Shown here piece after piece: positions 53,801-62,968 of a stretch of DNA of 64,000 bases. The stretch's first letter is position 1; each line of letters begins with the position of its first letter. Below the pieces are notes generated by a model, which saw only the letters and a program-made list of their open reading frames with translations, was not told the DNA's origin and searched no databases. This stretch comes from Fibrobacteria bacterium (GTDB lineage: Bacteria; Fibrobacterota; Fibrobacteria; UBA11236; JADFYW01), in contig JBNKOC010000012.1 of NCBI GenBank assembly GCA_050294405.1, positions 670,202-734,201 on the forward strand, given 5' to 3'. Both the position numbers and the translations under genes were made by a program.

Positions 53801-55541
53801 ACTCTCTGTTGATCATGATATTTTGAGGTTTAATATCACGGTGGTATACGTTATGTTCGTGGGCGTATTTAATGATTTCACAAATTTCCAGGATAATGTT
53901 AACGCTTAATTCTTCGCTAAGGTGAATTTTTTCCTCTTCGGGAGAAGGAGTAGGCCTCGTGCCGGCGATTTGCTGGGAAATGATTTTGTCCACTAAGGGG
54001 TTTAAGTCCATAACCGGTGGCTCCAATTCACTTACCCGCCTATCCAAAATTCTGGATAAAGGCACTCCCTCAATGTATTGCATAGCGATGTAATTTAGCC
54101 CTTCCGCCTTTCCCACCTCGAAAACGCGACAAATGGAGCGATGGTTTAAGCGGCTCATAATATCCGCTTCCTTGCGAAAACGGTTTATATCCATTTCAGA
54201 AGCATTTTTTGAGTTGATCATGGTTTTAATGGCCAAGGTATTGCCAAATGGGTCCAGGGCCTTCCACACTTCTCCCATTCCGCCCTTACCCAACTTTAAA
54301 ATGAGCCTGTATTTTCCAAAAATCAAATGGCTGTCTCTTTCTTCCTCGCTACTTGGCTGGCTGTGTTTGCGCCGAGGCAACAAGTCGTTTTTACATAGTC
54401 TGGCCAAAAATACGGGAATGGGATGGCGTTGGCTGCGAGGCTTAATAACCTGAATAAATTTGAAATAGATATAATCTGTTTCCCGCTTTTTTAGGGTAAG
54501 CATTTTTTCTGCATTAACATCCAAAGGATCTACTCCTTCCCAGTGGATGGAAAAATCCGGCGGAAGATTTTTTAAAATGGAATTTAAAGTGTTTTCAGAT
54601 ATGACTATTTCGCATTCATCTGCCAAGTGGGTTAAATCTTCGGCTACCTGGGCTGCTTTCCCGATAACCGTAAATTGGCTTCGACTGGGAGTATCCAGGT
54701 TTCCAATAACCAATTCACCGCTGTCTAGGCCTGCGGATATATTTTTCAATGGAATTTTTTGTTTAGCATACATTTGGCTTATTTTTTTTGCCATCTCAAT
54801 TTGGATAAAGCCCGCTTCCAGAGCAGCCAGGGCGTGGTCAGGTCTTCCCTGGGAAGAATCGTATATTTCCATTATTTCATTGCCCATTATTTGAAATTCA
54901 CTGCCTTGGTAATTTTTGAAAATGGGAAGGAATTCTTCACAGTATTTACTTAATATGTTTCGGATATTTTCCGGCTCTATGCTATCAATAACCTGGCTAA
55001 ATTGGCGTAATCTAAGTCTTAAGACTGTCCCCAAGCTTCTTTTGGACAAGATGTTATTGCCTGCTTGGCCATTTTGAAATTCTGCGGGGCGGAAGGGCTG
55101 GAAATTTTTATCCACAGAAATCAGTGTCTCTATGTAACCCTCTTTTTTAAGCGCTATTATGAAATAATCTTCTTCTTCCAAATAACATAGGGGCAATGGT
55201 TTAACAAACTCTTTGTTTACGGCCTCGATGTTTTCATAAATGTGCACAGGCAGGTGCTTTTTTAAACTTTCAAAAGGAAAAGGAACTGGGATTGGCTTTA
55301 ATTGAAAGTGGCTGTAAAAAGCTGGATTCACAAAAAGAACTTGTTGATTGGAGTCCATCCAAAGTTGGGGAAATAAGCTGCTGTTGATTTCCGCTGTCTG
55401 GGAAAAGTTCGGACTTTTCTTTTCTGATTGTCCTTGGCCTGGGTGAAAATCAGAGGAAGCAGGAATATCTTTTTGTTTTTTTTTAGAGTTGGGCATAGAT
55501 TTTAAAACCCAAAAATTCAGGGCGCCCCTTAATTTTCTCAA
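50838..55541 (-). CDS. Membrane Ser/Thr kinase with degenerate class III cyclase domain, LRRs and a C-type-lectin-like C-terminus
   Basis: GKGGMGEVW, AIK, HRDIKPQN, DFG, MAPE; one TM; many LxxLxLxxNxIxDL repeats. Start may be ATG 55496. Confidence 0.88.
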   Translation of the reverse strand: MRKLRGALNFWVLKSMPNSKKKQKDIPASSDFHPGQGQSEKKSPNFSQTAEINSSLFPQLWMDSNQQVLFVNPAFYSHFQLKPIPVPFPFESLKKHLPVHIYENIEAVNKEFVKPLPLCYLEEEDYFIIALKKEGYIETLISVDKNFQPFRPAEFQNGQAGNNILSKRSLGTVLRLRLRQFSQVIDSIEPENIRNILSKYCEEFLPIFKNYQGSEFQIMGNEIMEIYDSSQGRPDHALAALEAGFIQIEMAKKISQMYAKQKIPLKNISAGLDSGELVIGNLDTPSRSQFTVIGKAAQVAEDLTHLADECEIVISENTLNSILKNLPPDFSIHWEGVDPLDVNAEKMLTLKKRETDYIYFKFIQVIKPRSQRHPIPVFLARLCKNDLLPRRKHSQPSSEEERDSHLIFGKYRLILKLGKGGMGEVWKALDPFGNTLAIKTMINSKNASEMDINRFRKEADIMSRLNHRSICRVFEVGKAEGLNYIAMQYIEGVPLSRILDRRVSELEPPVMDLNPLVDKIISQQIAGTRPTPSPEEEKIHLSEELSVNIILEICEIIKYAHEHNVYHRDIKPQNIMINRESNPILMDFGVAKLDSSLSNQTISERGQIFGTIEYMAPEQADANVIDNQKADIFAIGAVLYQMLTGNKHYVSTKNIVQDIKNLQTHNVKKPKFYNKKINSDLEAIVLKCLRSNPSERYNTAEELILDLRNFQANKPVIAKRPSLFYHGRKFISRHKMEFSLVCMVLCLALTGVYQTYKSRLEQLGSWVLSERIVFADNQKIDQIFEFNNSLNSEPVAAFPIISSGMLLKSNQWSWYKNSEKMGVNRDGKIVIRFSYYGQADLLKIQINSLNAPLPKQNSSPQGFSVIHGSFEGSLDVLTKTWPDKSHPNILLSAPSRIKTGVPITVEIIKENNSYTYVRNGETLLRLEAPANSHHPIPQQIGFFTKSENLVLHSMEIYRKSLPVSTSPMVLADGLVKSQNYLQAVKELVNLSKDLKQKDKAEAAIFKAYQILYENGDQHGFTCQNLMDWMKQKTPNSPYLGRIYDLLSEKEFQQKNYKKAILYLDSAFVFYPNAQVLARIDLNALPPEIFNAVMHYAKKNVNFTGVAMESSPDLNFNALSQWDLQKIQWKDNQIQSLSPLSNLPLNWLDVSENYIMDISPLKGKFLQYLDISHNKIHDITMLKGMLLENLNLEDNQMADISTLNKMPLRRLNLANNKISDLTSLQNSPLYSLIADKNTIFDISPIANQQLRILSVEQNQIENINALRKIPLIYLNLKSNSIERVPKLNNTNLKYLNLSDNPLKEISSLKNLSLFEAHLSNVIHLPIDILNSMKVYKLNISNQNFGDSLKLDSPYLKDLKADSSQISTLSGISGLKLKRLSIAQNQIRDFSALKTMELSYLNIEGNYHSNLGWIMQSPPDTTQFFNDNLSAEKLWSIVHNWQEQEVSDYNLHYAKTAFILKSASKETALSYSSKFRGKSYVHFPQKFSLEKAKLYAQLLGGELANPANKEEQKFILSITRDIGPKWILESEDNELDSHRAWAFGDIYNRGDLQKVPLSRNLGFIVEWSP

Positions 55542-55601
55542 AAAACTGAGGTAAAATCAAACAGCAAGGGCTGTTTAAACCATAATTACATTAGATTGGC
55601 G

Positions 55602-56357
55602 CTAAACTTCGAGCATCACAGGACAATGGTCAGAACCCATTACCTGGTTTAATATCTTAATTTTTTTTACCTGAGCTAAAAACTCCTGATTTGCGCAATG
55701 GTAGTCAATTCTCCATCCTACATTTCGCTCTCTGGCATTCATCCGGTAGGACCACCAGGTGTAATGATCCGGGCCCGGTTCAAATTCCCGGAAAATATCC
55801 ACAAAGCCGCTATCCAAAAATTTGGTCATCCATTCTCTTTCTTCAGGTAAATACCCGGGGTTTTTTTCGTTAGATTTTGGGTTTTTTAAATCAATGGGCT
55901 TGTGGGCAATGTTGTAATCTCCGCAAATTATCAGGTTTTTCTTCTTTTTCCGATAATCCTGACCAATTTTTAGAATTTCGTCGCAAAAACCCAGTTTATA
56001 AGTCAGTCTTTTTCCAGCTTCCTGGCTGTTGGGGAAATAAGCGTTTAAAATGCTGAAGTTTTTCCATTTTAAGATTTGCACTCTGCCCTCGGAATCAAAT
56101 TCGGGGATGCCCATTTTGTCAGCATTTAGTGGAGCTTCTTTAAAGTAAGCCGCCACTCCACTATAGCCTTTTTTTTCAGCTGGCATCCAGATGGAATTGT
56201 AGCCTGCTGGGTTTAAAATTTCTTTTTCTACCTGCTCAGGAAGGGCTTTTATCTCTTGTAAGAGAAGGATATCCGGTTTGTATTTTTTAAACCAAGTCCA
56301 CATTCCATTTTTAGTGGCAGCCCGGATTCCGTTTACATTCCAGCTTACAATTTTCAT
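55602..56357 (-). CDS. xth: Exodeoxyribonuclease III / AP endonuclease
   Basis: SWNVNGIRA, LQEIK, GYSGVA, GDYNIAH, GWRIDY, GSDHCP. Confidence 0.96.
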   Translation of the reverse strand: MKIVSWNVNGIRAATKNGMWTWFKKYKPDILLLQEIKALPEQVEKEILNPAGYNSIWMPAEKKGYSGVAAYFKEAPLNADKMGIPEFDSEGRVQILKWKNFSILNAYFPNSQEAGKRLTYKLGFCDEILKIGQDYRKKKKNLIICGDYNIAHKPIDLKNPKSNEKNPGYLPEEREWMTKFLDSGFVDIFREFEPGPDHYTWWSYRMNARERNVGWRIDYHCANQEFLAQVKKIKILNQVMGSDHCPVMLEV

Positions 56358-56452
56358 GATTCCAATTTAGCAATGGAAACCTAAAAAACCAAAATGGACA
56401 GTCTGCAGTATTGACATAAAACCAAATTCTAAACAAATTTAGGGGGCCTTTA

Positions 56453-56534
56453 GCCGAAGTGGCGGAATTGGTAGACGCGCATGATTCAGGTTCATGTAGG
56501 GCGACCTGTGGAAGTTCGAGTCTTCTCTTCGGCA
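56453..56534 (+). tRNA. tRNA-Leu(CAG)
   Basis: GCCGAAG/CTTCGGC acceptor stem, anticodon arm CATGA-TTCAGGT-TCATG, long variable arm, GTTCGAG T-loop; CCA not encoded; TTGACA at 56411 upstream. Confidence 0.96.
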
Positions 56535-56770
56535 AGGCCAACCAAAAAAAATAAAAAAGCTCAATTCGAAAAAACAAACCACTATAAATTAGGTGCCTAA
56601 TATTATTGGGGTACCATATATTGTATTTGTAAAAATATATTGCCAATACTCCTCTGAAAGGCCTAAGAATATTGGGTTACAGCCGGTGTTTTAAATTTAA
56701 AATGGCAGGTGAAAAACTTTGCATTTTCCTCCGTTTCCAGAATATAATATCCACCCAGGATAATTTTTGA

Positions 56771-57154
56771 TTGCCTGGAAAGGAGGCTATTGTGGATAAA
56801 GTATATCAGGGTGAAAATGCAATCTCTCCAATTGCTGAAATTATGCGTGAAAGCTTTCCTGGATGTTTTAAGTTTTGGAACGCCACAAGTCCCTTGATTA
56901 TGGAGTCAGAAAAAAAAGCTGGAATGATTTGTTGTATGTTTACAGCTCAGGGCGTTGGGTTTACCGGAAAAATTGAAATTCACCAAATGAAAACCTGCGG
57001 CTTTTTGGTGGAACTCAGCCCAAGCAATTCGCCATTAAAGCCAAGAATAATTCCAGTGGAATCCGTATTGGATATTGCCTTTGTCATTGATGGCGCAGTT
57101 AGGGGAAAGTATACATACTCTCAGAAATATTTTTTTTCCATGGGTAGAAATTAA
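56771..57154 (+). CDS. Hypothetical protein
   Basis: 127-aa ORF in an otherwise empty gap; possible GTG start at 56792 after GGAGG. Confidence 0.55.
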   Translation: MPGKEAIVDKVYQGENAISPIAEIMRESFPGCFKFWNATSPLIMESEKKAGMICCMFTAQGVGFTGKIEIHQMKTCGFLVELSPSNSPLKPRIIPVESVLDIAFVIDGAVRGKYTYSQKYFFSMGRN

Positions 57155-57332
57155 GAGTTAAATCAGACTGATTTAGTCGACAAATCTTTGCTCGCATTTA
57201 AGCCTCCTCCATGTAAATAATCCATAAAATTTGCGATTTTTTTCTAAATTTCGCACCATTATTGGTTTAAGACCTGACATTTTGGCGGCCAATATGTAAC
57301 TTCCCTTTTCCCAATTAAATGGAATAGCAATT

Positions 57333-59639
57333 ATGGAATCTGCAAAATATTGGAAAGACAAACTTGCCGCACAGATGGACCCCGAATGGGCCCAGGAAAT
57401 CGATGCATTTGAAACAGAAATTCAATTGAAAAAAAAGGGAAAACTAGCGGATCAGGTTTTCGCCGAAACCCGTTTGAGAAAAGGAGCTTATGGCCAGCGC
57501 TATGATAATGGCATACGCTACAACGGCCATGAGTCCGTGGAAATTCCCTTCCCAGACAAAGATATAACTAAGGGGCCTGGTACTTATTGGAATGCCCCTG
57601 GTATGTTGCGCATTAAGTTGCCTTTTGGAGGTTTGACCTCAGACCAGTTAAATGTTATGGCTGATTTGGCTGAAGAGTATTCCGATTCCATCTTGCATAT
57701 CACAACCAGACAGGATATTCAGCTGCATTTTATCCATATTGAAGATACTCCATCAATGTTCCGTCGCCTGGCAAGTGTGGGGATTACAACTACGGAAGCC
57801 TGTGGTAATGCCGTACGAAATGTGACAGCATGTCCTATTTCAGGTGTATGCCGGGACCAATCCTTTGATATGACGGGTTATGCTGATGCTATTTTCCGCT
57901 TTTTACTTCTTCACCCGGATGCCCAGGATTTTGGAAGAAAGTTTAAAATTTCTCTTTCCGGATGTAAACAACATCCCTGTGGACTTAGCAACATGCATGA
58001 TTTGGGCCTGATAGGGCGGATCAAAAATGAAAATGGTAAAGAAACAAAGGGCTTTGAAGTGTATGTCGGGGGAGGCCTTGGTGCTGTTCCTTATAATGCA
58101 AAAATGTTAAGCGAGTTTGTATCTGAAGAAGAATTGCTGCCTGTAATTCAAGCTATTTGCCGCGTGTATCAAAAGCACGGGGAAAAAAAGAAAAGGCACA
58201 TGGCCCGCATTAAATTCTTAGTGGAAAAATTGGGAATAGATGAATTTATCCGAATGGTATTCGAAGAAAAAGAAAAATTGTCTTACGATCCACGCTGGAC
58301 TTCCTATTTAAAAGACATTGAAAAGGCAGACGAAAAAGGCCATTTGTCAATTGAAAATAAACAAGTGGATTTTTCCAACGCAAGCAATGAAGACCCTGAG
58401 TTCGCTTCCTTTTTGGAAACCAATGTTAGCCCTCAACGTCAGGAAGGCTACTATATTGTCACCCTTAACGTGCCCCTGGGCGATATAACATCTTACCAGG
58501 CCAGAGTATTAGCTGAAATAAGCCAAAAATACATTGGCGATACTATGCGCACTTCCGTGGAACAAAATATATTGTTGCGTTGGGTTCGCGGGGAAGATGT
58601 ATATGCCTTATACAAGGAGCTAAAAGAAATCAAATTAGCGGATGCCGGTGCCGGTACAATCGTGGATATTACTTCCTGTCCGGGGACGGATACTTGCAAG
58701 TTGGGTATTTCCGCCTCTCGTGGCCTGGCCTCTGTGTTGAGAGAACATTTGGCGGCTAAAAACGCAAGTCGGGAAGAAGCTATTAAAAACTTGAAAATTA
58801 AAGTGAGCGGTTGTTTTAATTCCTGCGGACAACATCATCTTGCAGATATTGGTTTTTATGGAACGAGCCGCATTGTAAATGGCTATGCCGTACCCCACTT
58901 CCAGCTTGTTATTGGAGGAGAGTTTAAAAACAACGGTGGAAGCTACGGAATGGCCATAGGCAACTATCCTTCAAAAGCCATATTGAAAATAGTGGATAGT
59001 TTGACGGATATGTATTTAAATGGCAAAGATGGCGCTGAATCTTTTAAAAGTTTTGTGGCGCGCATTGGTAAAAAGGAAATTGTGGCATCCTTAAAAGAAC
59101 ACGCTCCTGTCCCTCTTTATGAAGAAAACTCCAATTTTTATACGGATTGGGGCGATGTGAGAGAGTTTTCCATGAAAGATAAAGGCATTGGTGAGTGCGC
59201 AGGTGAAGTGGTGACCCCAACAGATTTTGGATTAAAACTGGCAGATAGGGAACAGTTCGAAGCGCAACTGCTGGTGGATGAAGGGAAAATTGCGGAAGCC
59301 GCCGAGCTTAGCTTTAAATGTATGCACCATACAGCTCAGGCTCTTGTAAAATATATCGATCCTGATGTATCTGATGATCCCAAATTGGTGCTGGAATTGT
59401 TTGATAAACATTTTCACGCCACTAAATTAATTCACGATCCCTTCGGTGGAGATCGATTTGTGCAATATTATCACAACGCCTTTGAGGATTCTAATGAAAA
59501 GCTAACTACAGAATCCGCTCAGAGGAAGGTAGAAGAAAGTCGCTTGTTTTTAGAGGCAGCCCATAACTGTAATTTGAAAATTGCCAGTAAAGGTTTGGAA
59601 GTTTTGAAAACTGAATTGGCAGAGGCCGGTCAGAAATAG
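57333..59639 (+). CDS. Siroheme/4Fe-4S nitrite/sulfite reductase with C-terminal extension
   Basis: HITTRQDIQLH, EACGNAVRN, RKFKISLSGC, siroheme-Fe4S4 ligands CPGTDTC and SGCFNSCG. Confidence 0.92.
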   Translation: MESAKYWKDKLAAQMDPEWAQEIDAFETEIQLKKKGKLADQVFAETRLRKGAYGQRYDNGIRYNGHESVEIPFPDKDITKGPGTYWNAPGMLRIKLPFGGLTSDQLNVMADLAEEYSDSILHITTRQDIQLHFIHIEDTPSMFRRLASVGITTTEACGNAVRNVTACPISGVCRDQSFDMTGYADAIFRFLLLHPDAQDFGRKFKISLSGCKQHPCGLSNMHDLGLIGRIKNENGKETKGFEVYVGGGLGAVPYNAKMLSEFVSEEELLPVIQAICRVYQKHGEKKKRHMARIKFLVEKLGIDEFIRMVFEEKEKLSYDPRWTSYLKDIEKADEKGHLSIENKQVDFSNASNEDPEFASFLETNVSPQRQEGYYIVTLNVPLGDITSYQARVLAEISQKYIGDTMRTSVEQNILLRWVRGEDVYALYKELKEIKLADAGAGTIVDITSCPGTDTCKLGISASRGLASVLREHLAAKNASREEAIKNLKIKVSGCFNSCGQHHLADIGFYGTSRIVNGYAVPHFQLVIGGEFKNNGGSYGMAIGNYPSKAILKIVDSLTDMYLNGKDGAESFKSFVARIGKKEIVASLKEHAPVPLYEENSNFYTDWGDVREFSMKDKGIGECAGEVVTPTDFGLKLADREQFEAQLLVDEGKIAEAAELSFKCMHHTAQALVKYIDPDVSDDPKLVLELFDKHFHATKLIHDPFGGDRFVQYYHNAFEDSNEKLTTESAQRKVEESRLFLEAAHNCNLKIASKGLEVLKTELAEAGQK

Positions 59640-59652
59640 GAAAAGTGGAATT

Positions 59653-60231
59653 ATGGATTTCTCAAAAGTTATTTGGAAATTTTATTTTAAATCAAGCCCC
59701 AATTTGTCCACCCAGGGGTTGTTTAAATTTTTTAACGGAATTATTCCCGATAGTCCGGAGGTTTTTGTAGACGTGGCAGATTATAGCCATGTTTACAGGG
59801 GACCCCTGGTGTTATTGGCAGGCCACTTTGCGGATTTGTCTTACGATACCAGCGATGGCGAATTTGGAATACAATACTCCCTTAAAAGAGCTCTTCCTGG
59901 AGAAGAAGGAAAAACCTTGCTCAGTTCCCTTAGCGCGTTGGCTGGTTATACAGAGCGTTTGCTAAAAAGCGAGTGGTTTGCGGAAATGACTAGCTTGGAT
60001 ACCCATAAATTGTTTTTCGCCATTAATGATAGAGCCCAGGCCAGCAATAACCAGGAAAGCCTAGAAAAACTGACAGCTCCACTAACAGACTTTTTAAAAT
60101 CTGTTTTTGGACATAGCAACTTTAAAATCAGCCAGTTAGGCGGAGAAAAGGACCGGTTGGCCGTCCAAATTCAAATTTTGGAAGGATTTGACTTGGCTGG
60201 GCTTATTTCTAAAGAAACAGCTTCATCTTGA
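59653..60231 (+). CDS. Hypothetical protein co-transcribed with the reductase
   Basis: 13 bp downstream of the reductase; contains VDVADYSHV...GH. Confidence 0.75.
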   Translation: MDFSKVIWKFYFKSSPNLSTQGLFKFFNGIIPDSPEVFVDVADYSHVYRGPLVLLAGHFADLSYDTSDGEFGIQYSLKRALPGEEGKTLLSSLSALAGYTERLLKSEWFAEMTSLDTHKLFFAINDRAQASNNQESLEKLTAPLTDFLKSVFGHSNFKISQLGGEKDRLAVQIQILEGFDLAGLISKETASS

Positions 60232-60347
60232 TATAGTCCTCTTCCTTGATAATATTTTCAGGGGTAGATTGTTGCTGCGTTAGCGGTTAAAAAAAATTAA
60301 TATATGTAATGTGCTCTCTAGATTGATTAGGAGCGCATTATTAAAAA

Positions 60348-62045
60348 ATGAAATTTTCACTTTCTACATTTCTTCTATTACTTTTTAGTAACATTTCCTT
60401 TCTTTTCGCAGGCGATCCCTATTTTATAGGAAATTTCTCTCGTGATATTTCAGGGTTAGCGGAAAATTGTGCGGGGGGGACAGTTTTGGAAAATGCTGAT
60501 CCCATATTAAATCTGGACGCTTTAAGCGCTGGAAGAACATATTTACGACAAAAAAACAAAAATGGGGAATATGTTCTTAGGCAGGCCGAGCTAGATTCCA
60601 ATGTATATGAAAAACTCAAAACTTTTTCCCGGCCCAATTTGGAGTTAGGGGAGTGGTACCAGTTAAAGCTTTTTAACGAGTCCAAAAAGTTGCCGGAAGA
60701 AGATATTGGTTGCGTAGTCATGGATAATGATTATGCGTATTTGCAAAACTTCAATTATTTGCATGTTAATGATGCGGGTTCCTGGGTTAAATTGGAGGGC
60801 TTACATAACAGCCCAATACATTTAATGCTCAATACAAGCCCACCCGGGGTTAAAGCAAAATGGAATTCCGAACTTTTTACCAGCCCCATATATAAAAGTT
60901 TTTCAGACAGCTTAATTCCCTGGATTCAAATAGCGGAAAAATCTTTTTATCCAAAACAAATAATCCTAACGCCGGATAGCTCGAAATTTTACAAGCTGAA
61001 TGTGGAGCTCAAACAACTTCCTTTGCCCAAGCCCTCAACTTCCAACCTGGAATTAGCTAATTGGAAAATAGATAGCCTTGGAAGTTACAATAGCAATCAA
61101 CTTTATGTTTTAAGGGATTCTCTTTTGAGTTTTCAACAAAGGACAATTTTAGGTTTAGATTCCGCAAAAAATTTGTGGAAGCAAGAATTGGAACCTGTTC
61201 CATTAAATATAGATGGAGAGGATTCTATACGTGCTCAAAACAGACTCCAGGCATACTACAGGGCGAAAGTGAATAGTGAGAGCTATTTTAAGGGTCAATA
61301 CCAATCTTTATTGGACAGTCTTGGCGGTCTGCTGGGAAAACTGCAAATTGTATTGGATACAAGGGAAAGACAGTTAAAACTAGACACCATAACCATCCCT
61401 ATTGCCAATAAAAAGCATGTGGACAATGGCCTTGAACTTCAGTTTCAAAACTCTAATCACTATTCAAAGTTTTTGGCAAAAGAAGCTGAGGTTAACAGGG
61501 AAGATACTCAATTTGTGGCGGAGCACTGGAATGTGATATACAATTCAGCTGAGTTGAAGCAGGATGTTGTTGTAGGTTACAGGAGCTTATACAAGCTCCA
61601 TAAAAATAAGATGGTCTTTTTAACGGGAAAATGGAGTTTTGACTCCGCGATGGCTAGTTCCTCCATATTTTTACAAATGGAAAAAAGGACTGCCGCTCTC
61701 AATGATAGTCTCAATCGCCAACAGGAAGATGAAAAAAAACGGGCTCAATTGCGAAAAGAAGCCAAAACAAAAAAAATAAAAGAACTTCGAAACCAACATC
61801 GCAAAAAATGGTTCCGTTGGGGCACAGGTTTGTTATTGTCCGGTATAGGATCCGGATTTGCAGTTTATTCCTATCTAGAAGCAAAGGACGGGGATAAAAG
61901 CTATGAAAAGTATCAAGCAGCTATTAATCGTGAGGAAGCTAAAAAGCACAGAAGCCAGGTAGAAAGCTCTGATGAAAAGTCAGAAATTTTTGGAGCATTA
62001 AGCGCGATTAGTTTTGGAGTTTCCTTTTTCATCATAACATTTTAA
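60348..62045 (+). CDS. Exported hypothetical protein (PEGA-like segment, coiled coil, C-terminal hydrophobic helices)
   Basis: Signal peptide; LNTSPPGVKA...TSP PEGA-like motif; charged coiled coil; hydrophobic C-terminal segments. Confidence 0.65.
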   Translation: MKFSLSTFLLLLFSNISFLFAGDPYFIGNFSRDISGLAENCAGGTVLENADPILNLDALSAGRTYLRQKNKNGEYVLRQAELDSNVYEKLKTFSRPNLELGEWYQLKLFNESKKLPEEDIGCVVMDNDYAYLQNFNYLHVNDAGSWVKLEGLHNSPIHLMLNTSPPGVKAKWNSELFTSPIYKSFSDSLIPWIQIAEKSFYPKQIILTPDSSKFYKLNVELKQLPLPKPSTSNLELANWKIDSLGSYNSNQLYVLRDSLLSFQQRTILGLDSAKNLWKQELEPVPLNIDGEDSIRAQNRLQAYYRAKVNSESYFKGQYQSLLDSLGGLLGKLQIVLDTRERQLKLDTITIPIANKKHVDNGLELQFQNSNHYSKFLAKEAEVNREDTQFVAEHWNVIYNSAELKQDVVVGYRSLYKLHKNKMVFLTGKWSFDSAMASSSIFLQMEKRTAALNDSLNRQQEDEKKRAQLRKEAKTKKIKELRNQHRKKWFRWGTGLLLSGIGSGFAVYSYLEAKDGDKSYEKYQAAINREEAKKHRSQVESSDEKSEIFGALSAISFGVSFFIITF

Positions 62046-62047
62046 CT

Positions 62048-62968
62048 ATGCTAAAATTTACTCTAGTTAGTTTTGAAATTTTTTGCATAATAGCTTTAAT
62101 CACAGCTTGTAGGGAAAGGCTATTTGACAACGCCTTTGATCCCGAAAGTGCAAATTACCTTGGCAAATCTCTTTCAACAGATGCCGATAGCAACGGCGTA
62201 GCCGATGTTTTGGAACCCAATATGCTGAAAATTTCTGCTGGATGTTTTAACATGGGGGCCAACCAGATTTTTCGTGAGGATTTGGATTCAACTTTAATTG
62301 AGGCGGATGAAATGCCCGCTCATGAGGTGTGCGTGGATTCCTTTTATATGAAAGATACCGAGGTTAGTTACGGTGAATTTAGAAGCCTGTTTGCGGAAAG
62401 GACATTGAGCGCTAAAAAAGACAAGTATCCTATACTAAACATTAGCTGGTACGATGCGGTTGAATATTGCAACCGGTTGAGCCAAATACATGGGTATGAA
62501 GAAGTCTATAAAATCCGCAAAGACGTGGTGGAAATTGATTTAAGGAAAAAAGGTTTTCGCCTTCCTACCGAGGCTGAATGGGAATGGGCCTACGGTTATG
62601 ATAGCCTCCAATTATTCTATTGGGGCGAGGATAGCGCTAAAACCGGAGAATATGCATGGTATGTTAAGAATGCCAAAGAGAGCAGCCAACCTGTGGCCAG
62701 CAAAAAAGAAAATGCAAATGGCCTATACGACATGGCTGGCAATGTATGGGAATGGGTAAATGATTATTATAACGATAGCTATTTTGAAGATTCTCCCCGA
62801 ATGAATCCCCAGGGGCCAAATTTTGGGAATTTCAGGGTGGCCAAAGGCGGCAGTTACCGCTTCCCAAGGTTCTCTTTAAGGCGTAGCAATCGCATATCTC
62901 TTAAAGAAGAAGACTCCCATTTGGATGTGGGTTTTAGAATTGTATTGCCCGGGGATATGGATAGATGA
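62048..62968 (+). CDS. FGE-sulfatase (SUMF1/EgtB/PvdO) domain lipoprotein
   Basis: Lipobox LITA-C; FRLPTEAEWE, NGLYDMAGNVWEW, KGGS, GFR. Confidence 0.9.
   Translation: MLKFTLVSFEIFCIIALITACRERLFDNAFDPESANYLGKSLSTDADSNGVADVLEPNMLKISAGCFNMGANQIFREDLDSTLIEADEMPAHEVCVDSFYMKDTEVSYGEFRSLFAERTLSAKKDKYPILNISWYDAVEYCNRLSQIHGYEEVYKIRKDVVEIDLRKKGFRLPTEAEWEWAYGYDSLQLFYWGEDSAKTGEYAWYVKNAKESSQPVASKKENANGLYDMAGNVWEWVNDYYNDSYFEDSPRMNPQGPNFGNFRVAKGGSYRFPRFSLRRSNRISLKEEDSHLDVGFRIVLPGDMDR

Noticed and set aside
55476..55484. A9 tract near the kinase 5' end as a phase-variation site
   Set aside because: A8-A9 runs occur in several intact genes here (for example near 24102, 26378 and 28701) and reflect Lys-rich AT-biased coding; no frameshift is seen.
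56311..56646. 111-aa minus-strand ORF
   Set aside because: It is antisense to tRNA-Leu and overlaps the xth start.
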